Of a DNA stretch of 57,968 nucleotides, positions 49,450 through 57,968 are shown piece after piece. This DNA is from Coleofasciculus sp. B1-GNL1-01 (GTDB lineage Bacteria > Cyanobacteriota > Cyanobacteriia > Cyanobacteriales > Coleofasciculaceae), in assembly GCA_040220235.1 (NCBI GenBank), contig JAVJTO010000080.1; one strand, 5' to 3'. How positions within the stretch are numbered: position 1 is the stretch's first letter; each line of letters begins with the position of its first letter. A program made the translations under genes and the position numbers. The notes beneath the pieces are model-generated. The model was not told where the DNA came from and searched no databases. It was given only the letters and a program-made list of their open reading frames with translations.

Positions 49450-49814
49450 TTTCAGGCAAGTTTGGTGAGATTGGTGAACTGATCTTTGAAATTGATTTAG
49501 TTGGCGCTGATACAGAACGATACCCCATTGATGTGTTACTAGATACAGGCTTTACAACGGGCTACTTAGCGCTTGATGCTCAAGATGTCCAAAGCTTGGG
49601 TTGGTCGATGATTGAAGGTGAACGTGCGATGCGAATGGTACAAGGGGAGGATTTTTTTGATGTATATGAGGGTAGGGTTTTCCTGGATGAAAGGGAATAT
49701 ATTATTCCCGTGTTAGCGGGGTCAGGTATATCTGAACCTCTACTTGGTTTGCAGTGGTTGAAGATGCTACCACTGGCGGTGAATTTTGCAGCCGAAATGT
49801 TGACGCTGGGGTAA
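49446..49814 (+). CDS. Single-domain retropepsin-like (clan AA) aspartic protease
   Basis: LLDTGF catalytic motif and LLGLQWL. ATG 49446 overlaps the upstream TGA (ATGA). Confidence 0.85.
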   Translation: MISGKFGEIGELIFEIDLVGADTERYPIDVLLDTGFTTGYLALDAQDVQSLGWSMIEGERAMRMVQGEDFFDVYEGRVFLDEREYIIPVLAGSGISEPLLGLQWLKMLPLAVNFAAEMLTLG

Positions 49815-50056
49815 ATGGCGAAATGCGATCGCATTTGCAGAAAATGAAGCACATATAGCGCTACGAGGTACGGAAAGGACATCAGTTGATTCCAAGAGGG
49901 AACAGGGAACACCTCGACCCTTCGACAGGCTCAGGGCATCGCTTACCTCGACTTACTTCGGCTTCGCTCAGTAACACGCTCGGTAACACGCTCGGTGTGT
50001 CACAGGGAACAGATAAAAATGTCCTAACCTGTCTTGGTACTGCTATAAGAGCGCTT

Positions 50057-50120
50057 GTAGGGGCGGGTTTAGCCTTTAAATTTGGACATCACCGATACTA
50101 TTAATTGCAAAACCCGCCCT
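50057..50120 (+). repeat. ~64-bp REP-doublet element
   Basis: GTAGGGGCGGGTTTAG-N36-AAAACCCGCCCT. Confidence 0.88.
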
Positions 50121-50638
50121 TCTCGGCAGTCTTTTCAAAGAAATAAAATAGAGATAAAAAGCGATTGAGGTAAGGAGTATAGTAATTGAAAATCGATAAA
50201 AATTGAGCCATAAAAGCTCAAAGGGTTGATCAGCGCGATCGCACCCTCAAGAGCATACCCATAAAACCTATATAGCGGCTGGCTTAGAGTAATTCAGATA
50301 TCCTAGGAAAGAATACCCAATAAGCCAAAATTTCTCACGAATTGCCATAAAATTTAACCGTAACCCCCCTGAATCAACGCCAAATGCTGTTTCCGTCAAT
50401 GCAGAAAGCCGCGATAATAATTAAGACCAAATTCGGATTAGCGACCCCCGTTATAACCCAGTCCGCGCAGGCGGACTTTGTTTGTGTAGCAGCGATTTCA
50501 ATCGCCTCCTCTTGCTTAGGAAATAAATCGCCAGTTCTATCAAATCGGGAAGCATCAGTTGTATACAGGATGGAATCGGACAAACCCATTAAGATAGAGA
50601 GACATGGCACACCTGCAAAGTAAGCGAGTAATTGACTG

Positions 50639-51919
50639 ATGACTTCAACTCTGCTCAAAACTCCACCTCTAAATGCCCCAACTATTGAGACATTACCCAA
50701 TGGTCTAACCATTGTGGCAGAGCAGATGCCTGTCGATGCGGTTAACCTGAATGTCTGGGTGAATGTGGGTTCCGCCGTTGAACCTGACCCGATTAACGGG
50801 ATGGCACATTTTCTCGAACACATGGTTTTTAAGGGAACACCACGCTTGAACAGTGGCGAGTTTGAGCGGCTGATTGAAGAGTGTGGTGCGGTGACTAATG
50901 CGGCAACGAGTCATGATTACACGCATTATTACATCACCACAGCACCCAAGAATTTCGCCCAACTCGCGCCCTTGCAACTGGATGTGGTGTTAAATCCCCT
51001 GATTCCCGATGACGCCTTTGAACGGGAACGGCTAGTGGTGTTAGAAGAAATTCGGCGTTCGGAAGATAGTCCCCGTCGTCGCACCTTTCGGCGGGCGTTA
51101 GAAACCAGCTTTGATTACCTCCCCTACCGCCGCCCGGTACTTGGACCAACTGCTGTGATTGAAAGCTTAACTTCTCAGCAGATGCGGGATTTTCATAACA
51201 CCTGGTATCAGCCCAAGACGATGACAGCCGTCGCGGTAGGTAATTTACCCGTGGAGGAGTTGATTGAAACGGTGGCGCAGGGATTTGCTCAAGCTGGGGT
51301 TAAGCATGACTCGGACTATACCTCCCGTCTCACCTATAAGCCAGAAGCGCCGTTTACCGATATTGTGCGCCGAGAGTACGTAGACTCGACATTACAGCAG
51401 GCGCGATTGGTCATGGTTTGGCGAGTACCGGGATTAAAACAGTTGGAGAGTACCTATCCATTAGATGTTTTAGCCGCTATTTTAGGACAGGGGCGGATGT
51501 CGCGGTTGGTGCGAGATTTGCGCGAAGACCGTAAACTGGTGACTCATATTGGGGTGAGTAATATGACTCAGCAATTACAGGGGATATTTTATATTTCTGC
51601 CCAGCTTCCCACAGAGAACTTGGACATTGTGGAAGCAGCGATTGGGGAACATATTCGTCAGTTACAAACGGAATCTGTCGCGGCGGCGGACATTGCCCGC
51701 ATTCGTACCCAAGTGGCGAATCGCTTTACCTTTAGTAATGAGAAACCGAGCGATCGCACCAGTCTATATGGCTATTATCACTCCCAATTAGGGGATTTAA
51801 CCCCAGCCTTAAATTATCCGGCTCGCATTCAAGCGGTCAAGGCTCACGATATTCAACAGGCTGCCCAAGATTATCTGGCAACGGATGCTTATGGTATTGT
51901 GACGATGAAACCAGCGTGA
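50639..51919 (+). CDS. M16 family zinc peptidase
   Basis: HFLEH, NAATS.DYTHY, ERLVVLEE. Confidence 0.95.
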   Translation: MTSTLLKTPPLNAPTIETLPNGLTIVAEQMPVDAVNLNVWVNVGSAVEPDPINGMAHFLEHMVFKGTPRLNSGEFERLIEECGAVTNAATSHDYTHYYITTAPKNFAQLAPLQLDVVLNPLIPDDAFERERLVVLEEIRRSEDSPRRRTFRRALETSFDYLPYRRPVLGPTAVIESLTSQQMRDFHNTWYQPKTMTAVAVGNLPVEELIETVAQGFAQAGVKHDSDYTSRLTYKPEAPFTDIVRREYVDSTLQQARLVMVWRVPGLKQLESTYPLDVLAAILGQGRMSRLVRDLREDRKLVTHIGVSNMTQQLQGIFYISAQLPTENLDIVEAAIGEHIRQLQTESVAAADIARIRTQVANRFTFSNEKPSDRTSLYGYYHSQLGDLTPALNYPARIQAVKAHDIQQAAQDYLATDAYGIVTMKPA

Positions 51920-51946
51920 ATAGACGGGACGAGATAAATAAGATAA

Positions 51947-51973
51947 TAGGGCACGGCAATGCCGTGCCCCTAC
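51947..51973. repeat. GTAG-type palindrome GGGCACGGCA-A-TGCCGTGCCC (may act as terminator)
   Basis: Perfect hairpin; relatives at 18597 and 48945. Confidence 0.7.
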
Positions 51974-51989
51974 CACAATTTAGGGATAA

Positions 51990-53429
51990 TTGATAATGAA
52001 ACCTCTAAGCAATCGCACTAAAATCGTTGCTACCATTGGTCCTGCGAGTAATTCACCGGACATCCTCAAGCAAATGGTGCAAGTGGGCATGAATGTGGCT
52101 CGGTTGAACTTCTCTCATGGTAGCTACGATGACCATGCTCATACCATTTCTTTGCTACGCTCTATTGAAGAGGACTTAGATACACCGATTACCTTACTCC
52201 AAGACTTACAAGGACCAAAAATTAGAGTCGGGAAACTGCCCGATGCAGGACTTAACTTGGTTCAAGGAGAATCCATTTCCTTAGTTCCCGTTTCTGAATT
52301 CAATCATCAACCGAAAACGGTGGCTATCGACTATCCCCACCTGGCTCAAGAAGCGGAACCTGGAGTGCAGATTCTCCTGGATGATGGACTCTTGGAACTG
52401 CGGGTTGAGGACATTGAGGGCAATACCGTTAAGTGTCAAGTTGTCGAAGGGGGGATACTCAAAAGCCGTAAAGGGGTTAACCTGCCCGGATTGAGCCTAA
52501 ATCGCCTACCCTCGATGACAGACAAAGACCAACAAGATTTAGAATTTGGCATTGCTCAAGGGGTTGATTGGGTGTCCTTAAGCTTTGTTCGTTCTGCGGA
52601 AGATATTCGTACTCTCAAAGGATTTCTCCAGCAACACAATGCCTCATCCCTACCTGTGATTGCCAAAATCGAAAAACCTCAAGCGATCGCGAACTTAGAA
52701 GCCATTATCAATGAGAGCGATGGAATCATGGTAGCACGGGGCGATTTGGGTGTAGAAATGAGTCCGGAAAAAGTGCCGTTTCTGCAAAAGAAAATTATTC
52801 GGATTTGTAACCAAAAGGGGATTCCGGTAATCACAGCCACCCAAATGCTCGATAGTATGATTAATAATCCCCGTCCAACTCGTGCTGAAGCCAGTGATGT
52901 GGCGAATGCAATTATCGATGGCACCGATGCGGTGATGCTTTCTGGGGAGTCAGCCGTGGGTAAATATCCCCTGAAAGCGGTGACGATGCTAGCCCGTATT
53001 GCCACAGATGTGGAACCGGAAATTAAGTTTGTTAACTATCCCCCAGCCGCAACCAATGAAGCCAATGCCCTAAGTGAAGCGCTCAACACGATTGATAAAA
53101 TTCTGGATTTGCGCTGTATTGCTGCTTTCACCAGTACCGGTCACACCGCCAAATTAGCCGCCGCTGAGCGTCCAGGAGTCCCTGTTATTTCTCTGACGCC
53201 TAATCGGAAAGTTTACCACAATTTGAATTTGGTTTGGGGGGTAAAACCATTGTTACTCGAGCAAGAAGTTGAGTCCTTTGAAGAGTTAGTGAATCAAGCC
53301 CAAACTCAGTTACTCAAACGGAATTTAGTGGTAGAAGGAGATAAAATTTTGATTATCGCTGGGATTCCGACAAAAGTCTCAGGCGGGACTAATTTGCTCA
53401 AGATTCATACGATTAGTGCTGAATCCTAA
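51990..53429 (+). CDS. pyk: Pyruvate kinase
   Basis: [41 protein letters not shown], full C domain. Confidence 0.96.
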   Translation: MIMKPLSNRTKIVATIGPASNSPDILKQMVQVGMNVARLNFSHGSYDDHAHTISLLRSIEEDLDTPITLLQDLQGPKIRVGKLPDAGLNLVQGESISLVPVSEFNHQPKTVAIDYPHLAQEAEPGVQILLDDGLLELRVEDIEGNTVKCQVVEGGILKSRKGVNLPGLSLNRLPSMTDKDQQDLEFGIAQGVDWVSLSFVRSAEDIRTLKGFLQQHNASSLPVIAKIEKPQAIANLEAIINESDGIMVARGDLGVEMSPEKVPFLQKKIIRICNQKGIPVITATQMLDSMINNPRPTRAEASDVANAIIDGTDAVMLSGESAVGKYPLKAVTMLARIATDVEPEIKFVNYPPAATNEANALSEALNTIDKILDLRCIAAFTSTGHTAKLAAAERPGVPVISLTPNRKVYHNLNLVWGVKPLLLEQEVESFEELVNQAQTQLLKRNLVVEGDKILIIAGIPTKVSGGTNLLKIHTISAES

Positions 53430-53538
53430 ATTTGGGTCAATTAGACTAAATCCGGCTTAACTACGGTTAGCCCGTTGGGTTTCGCTATCGCTCTACCCAA
53501 CCTACTTGAACTGCCTTTTGCCTTGGAGCCTTCTTGCA

Positions 53539-53973
53539 CTAGTTCCCGTGTTCTTGATAGTCTTCAGAGGACTTGGGATCTAACTCCCAGCGCTGCTCAT
53601 CCCGTCGTTCTAGCTTATTGGTGACTTGCACCGGTTCTTTTTGAGCGCCTTCGACACCAACGGCTCGCTCCATCTCTTGGGTCACATTTTGATCGGGTGT
53701 CGGTGTTAAACCACCAACGGCTTCCTCGCCGCCTACTTTTGCCTGGTAGAGGTTGGCATCAACATCGCTCGTGGTGGGTTCACCGCTTGCCATACGGGTT
53801 CTTGATTCTTCAATCAGTCTACCATCAGCCGTGTCGCGATCGCTCAGTCCCTCATACGTCAGTTCTATTTCGTTGGTTTCCTTACGTGTGTCTGATTCTG
53901 ATAGGGGGTTGGACTGAGATTGGTTAATGTTTTCAGGTTCCATATTGTCTTGTATATGACTATCCGCACTCAC
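53539..53973 (-). CDS. Acidic low-complexity protein (DUF6335-like)
   Basis: DVDA...A..GGEEAVGG..PTPDQN...RWELDP.S motif. Confidence 0.75.
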   Translation of the reverse strand: MSADSHIQDNMEPENINQSQSNPLSESDTRKETNEIELTYEGLSDRDTADGRLIEESRTRMASGEPTTSDVDANLYQAKVGGEEAVGGLTPTPDQNVTQEMERAVGVEGAQKEPVQVTNKLERRDEQRWELDPKSSEDYQEHGN

Positions 53974-54178
53974 AGCTTAACCTTTCGCAGGCAGATCAGT
54001 TTATTACCCCAGAGCGAATCCTAATTTATTTCTTTTGAGGGATGACATCTCTATGAGTCATCCCTAAGCTGAAAATGCTTATCAATACTACCTGTTTAGC
54101 CCGTAGAATTTTCGTGGCTGAAAGAATACCCCAGAAAAATTCTACCTTCGATCAAGTAATAAAGTCGTTAACAATTCC

Positions 54179-55274
54179 AATGATGATAACCGATAATACG
54201 CCCAAAAAAGTTGCCATTCTGATCGACCAGAAGTTTGAAGATGCCGAATTTCAAATTCCTTATCAAGCACTGCAACAAGCGGGGGCGCAGGTTGTGGTTC
54301 TGGGTTCGCGCATGAATGACACCTATCAGGGGAAACAAGGCAAAGTTTCGATTAAACCTGATGGTACCGTAACCGAAACCCGTCCAGACACCTTCGATGC
54401 CGTGATTATTCCCGGCGGGATGGCACCGGATACGATGCGAAATAATCCCAATGCCGTACAATTTGTACAGAAAGCAATGGAGTTGAATAAGCTCGTCGCG
54501 GCGGTTTGTCATGGTCCCCAAGTGTTAATTGAAGCGGATTTACTTCAGGGCAAAAATGCCACCGGGTTTCTCTCGATTCGCAAGGATATGACCAATGCTG
54601 GGGCTAACTATGTGGATGAACCCTTAGTCGTGGATGGGAATCTGATTACCTCTCGTCAACCTGGTGATTTGGCAATATTTACCACGGCAATTCTCACCCG
54701 CTTAGGGTTAGGTATTCCAGATCAAGCATTACCGGATGAAACGGATCTGACGGCTCAATGGTGGCAATTGGCAGAAGCGTGGGGAGGAAGTAGCAAGCTT
54801 GATATTGTGAATGGATTAAATACTGCTTTAGCTGGGGAACGATATGGGCGAAAAGTGTTTGAGTATTATGCCCAAAAAGCCACCGATTTAGAGTTGCGAT
54901 CGCTACTGCAAGAAATTATCGAAAATAAACAGCATCATATTATCATGCTGGAGAATCGGTTGAGAGATTTGCAGGCGTTTGAATCGATTCCGGAAGTAGC
55001 GACAGATGCCTATGCTGCCTTACAAAATTGGCTGCAACCCAACGATAGTTTATCAATTTTACGCCATGCATTGGGTGACATTCAAACGGGTGTTGTCGAT
55101 GCCTATAATCTGCGGAAACAATTTACAGATCCTACGTCAACTGTCCTGTTTACTCAGATTGAAACCGACTTGGCAGACTATGAACAGCGTTTAGCCAGCC
55201 TGTATCACAATCGTCTGGGAGAACAAGAAGCTACGCCTGCTGAACCGACTACCTTGGCGGCTGTTGGCGGTTAA
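54179..55274 (+). CDS. PfpI/DJ-1 (YhbO-type) domain fused to a ferritin-like domain
   Basis: FEDAE, IPGG.APD, VCHGPQ, TSRQP.D, then a four-helix region. Start uncertain (54075-54182). Confidence 0.88.
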
Positions 55275-55590
55275 GAATTGGCGATTTGTTTGGGTTAGCC
55301 GAAATACGCTAACCCGCTCAACTCTCTCTTGCTTTCCTTGTCTGAAAAAATGGATTGACTAAAAATAATTATACGTTACTTTTTGTAAATTTTATAACCA
55401 TGGAGAGAAAGTTTCTGATCAATTTTATTTGTTTATTTGAAAAAAATTCTATCAATAATTAACACGCAATGCTAGACATTGACCAAGTTCTGCGAAACTG
55501 AAACCCTACCACAGATAGATGTAGAGACCCTGGATTCCAGAAGACAACAGGAACAGAAGTAAAAATTAGTCGTGGGAAGAGGTTAGGCTT

Positions 55591-56466
55591 GTGAGTAGAC
55601 TCCTAGAGGGAAAAGTCGCCATTGTGACGGGTGCGGGAACAGGTATCGGAGAAGCGATCGCGCATAAATTTGCCAAAGAAGGCGCTAAGGTTGTTGTTAA
55701 CGGATTACCGGATGATCCAGTCGAAGAAGTGGCAAAAGCGATCAACGATTTTGGTGGGGAAGCGATCGCAGATCAAGGCGATGTCTCGGACATGAATCCC
55801 GCTCAAGCCTGTGTGGAAGCGACGATTAACCGATACGGGACGCTGGATATTTTGGTGAATAATGCAGGTGTCTTTCTGGCAACGGCGCCCACGGAAGAGT
55901 ATCCGATAGAGGCATTTGATCAAACCCTGAAGATGAATCTGCGATCGGCATTCCTGATGACCAAATATGCCCTACCTCATTTGCAAAAAACGCGGGGTAA
56001 CATTGTTTGTGCTGGCTCAGAAGCCGGATTTAATGGAGTGGCAAAAAACTCTCCCTACGGCGGAACCAAAGGCTGGATGCACGCTTTTGTTAAAGGGGTA
56101 GCTGTGGAACAAGCCAAGTATGGAGTGCGGGCAAACTGTTATTGTCCCGGTGCGATTGATACGGCTTGGACGCACAAAGAAACTGGTCCGATGGATGCCC
56201 AGATGGAGGAAACTCTGGTTATGGCGGCGCCAATGGCAAGACGGGGTACACCGGAGGAAATTGCCAATGTTTGTGCATTTCTGGCGTCGGAACAAGCCAG
56301 CTATGTCACCGGGGCGCTTTGGCTAGTGGATGGGGGAGTAACGGTTGCTAAAGGTGCCGTGGGTCAACAAACCCCCGAATCCCTGCGTCAACCTCCAGCC
56401 GGGGAACTGCGTCTGGATCACGAAAAAGAGGGGTTAAAGAACAAAGAAACTCAGACAATCCGCTAA
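55591..56466 (+). CDS. Short-chain dehydrogenase/reductase
   Basis: TGAGTGIG, NNAG, YGGTK, PG.IDT. Confidence 0.93.
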   Translation: MSRLLEGKVAIVTGAGTGIGEAIAHKFAKEGAKVVVNGLPDDPVEEVAKAINDFGGEAIADQGDVSDMNPAQACVEATINRYGTLDILVNNAGVFLATAPTEEYPIEAFDQTLKMNLRSAFLMTKYALPHLQKTRGNIVCAGSEAGFNGVAKNSPYGGTKGWMHAFVKGVAVEQAKYGVRANCYCPGAIDTAWTHKETGPMDAQMEETLVMAAPMARRGTPEEIANVCAFLASEQASYVTGALWLVDGGVTVAKGAVGQQTPESLRQPPAGELRLDHEKEGLKNKETQTIR

Positions 56467-56502
56467 TACCGAGTTGCGTTCTTTCCGTAGTAGATAGGAA
56501 AA

Positions 56503-56677
56503 GCTGGGGAAGCTGGGGGAGCCGGGGGAGCTGGGGGAGCCGGGGGAGCTGGGGGAGCTGGGGGAGAGAACGTTATATCTTTGAATGCCACTTGGTATAA
56601 CTCTGAAACAGGATGGGGGAGCTGGGGGAGAGAACGTTATATCTTTGAATGCCACTTGGTATAACTCTGAAACAGGA
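56503..56677 (+). repeat. G-rich nonamer tract plus exact 64-bp tandem duplication (56550-56613 / 56614-56677)
   Basis: Both copies read directly. Confidence 0.9.
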
Positions 56678-56685
56678 GAGAAGGC

Positions 56686-57243
56686 ATGGGAAGCCTACTG
56701 GCTCGAAACTGGTGGACAATATGTTTACGGGGTGCGATCGCGCTGCTGTTTGGTTTGGCGGTGTGGATTTGGCCCCGGATTACCCTGGACGTGTTAATCG
56801 TGCTGTTTGCGGCGTTTGCGTTGGTAGGTGGGGTGGTTGCTCTAATTGTCGGCTTACGAGAATGGAGAGCCGATCCGCGCTGGTGGCTGCTGTTGCTAGA
56901 AGGGGTAATCGGCATCGCCACAGGTATCGTTGTCTTTGTGTTGCCCAATTTTACTGCCTTACTCCTACTGTACGTAATTGCAGCCTGGGCAATTATCACG
57001 GGTATTTTTGAGATTATTGCAGCGATTCAAATGCGTCAAGAAATTCGCAACGAGTGGCTATTAGCGATCGCGGGTGTTGCTTCTGTGCTTTTCGGTTTGC
57101 TCTTAACGATCTGGCCCCTTGCAGGTGCGTTAGCAATTATCTGGCTAATCGGAGGTTATGCGATCGTTTTCGGGATACTCCTGTTAACTCTCGGTTTTCG
57201 GCTGCGAAGTTGGCGCAATCAAGAGCCGCCACCTCTTTTGTAA
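56686..57243 (+). CDS. HdeD/DUF308 family membrane protein
   Basis: LARNWW...LRG, six hydrophobic helices. Confidence 0.9.
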   Translation: MGSLLARNWWTICLRGAIALLFGLAVWIWPRITLDVLIVLFAAFALVGGVVALIVGLREWRADPRWWLLLLEGVIGIATGIVVFVLPNFTALLLLYVIAAWAIITGIFEIIAAIQMRQEIRNEWLLAIAGVASVLFGLLLTIWPLAGALAIIWLIGGYAIVFGILLLTLGFRLRSWRNQEPPPLL

Positions 57244-57325
57244 AGCAGTTTAAGGGAACGGGGAACAGGGAACGGCAAATGTCCACTTTCAATGCCAATC
57301 AGTTTACATCATAAGGAGATTAATC

Positions 57326-57679
57326 ATGACAGATACCACAGATACCACTGTTAAAAAAGTTCAATCCCAGCATTCACCCAGCGGTGAAATGGGTCAAACC
57401 TATTTGGTGTCCGGTAAAAGCCTATCGATGCGCCTTTGGCAAGATGAACAACCGAGTGAACCCAAACCCAAAACCCAACGGGATTATGAAACCGTCGGCT
57501 ATGTAATTCAAGGTCGAGCTGAGTTACATTTAGAGGAGCAGAAAATTGTCCTAGAACCGGGTGATTCTTGGTTAGTTCCCCAGGGAGCATCCCATACCTA
57601 CAAAATTTTGGAACCCTTCACCGCCGTGGAAGCCACCAGTCCTCCGGCTGAAGTTCACGGACGCGATGAAACGGCTTAG
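57326..57679 (+). CDS. Cupin domain protein
   Basis: YETVGYVIQG...LEPGDSWLVP.G..H.Y. Confidence 0.88.
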   Translation: MTDTTDTTVKKVQSQHSPSGEMGQTYLVSGKSLSMRLWQDEQPSEPKPKTQRDYETVGYVIQGRAELHLEEQKIVLEPGDSWLVPQGASHTYKILEPFTAVEATSPPAEVHGRDETA

Positions 57680-57968
57680 CCTTGTCATACCAAATCCGGG
57701 AAACGGGGGAACGCTACCCCCCTTATAAACCAGTCCGCGCAGGCGGACTTTGTTTGTGTCGCAGCGCTGAAGGGGTGACAAGCCGTCCAAAACCTTTTAA
57801 AAATCAGGTTTTGAGCGACATTAATATCTCCAAAGATGAAGTCTTATTGACATCCTTATTGACAGATGAAGACCACCGGATGAGGTATGGGATTAGCGAA
57901 GCGTTGCGCAGGGGGTATGGGGGAGGCGCTCGTCCCCCATTGGGGGGTCTGGGGGGCTAGTCCCCCAG

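Noticed and set aside
50374..50823. ORFs 50374-50823(-) and 50384-50623(+)
   Set aside because: They span the 63-bp dispersed repeat, and the minus-strand one also overlaps the M16 peptidase start.
57682..57960. 92-aa ORF at the window end
   Set aside because: Largely composed of dispersed-repeat sequence, with a TTG start and no motif.

Overview
Chromosomal window from a repeat-rich cyanobacterium, probably filamentous (inferred from abundant HIP1 octamers GCGATCGC, heptamer STRR tracts, Uma2/pentapeptide/CHAT genes and GTAG-type small dispersed repeats). It holds about 38 credible CDS. Housekeeping and transport genes include pyrB, pyk, a THUMP RNA methyltransferase, an M16 peptidase, peptide ABC parts and a sugar/osmolyte ABC cluster with an embedded K+ channel. 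There are also two large adjacent adenylate-cyclase signalling proteins and a general-stress cluster. No rRNA, tRNA, CRISPR array or transposase was seen. The strongest candidate system is a tightly coupled three-gene operon at 7272-12565: a TPR-array plus intact caspase-like CHAT protease, a small acidic/Pro-tailed protein, and a 473-aa protein with two C-terminal TM helices. It looks like a sensor-protease/substrate/membrane-effector conflict system, architecturally similar to the predicted CATRA systems. Other points of interest: an orphan EndoU toxin-immunity pair; an ABC-ATPase plus DUF4276-like defence-type pair; a small-protein plus retropepsin pair; a vapBC locus whose toxin is cut at a HIP1 site; a short pyruvate-kinase-like enzyme with an altered active site; and small palindromic repeats inserted in-frame into protein-coding genes. 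All family assignments come from motif recognition by eye; no searches were run.
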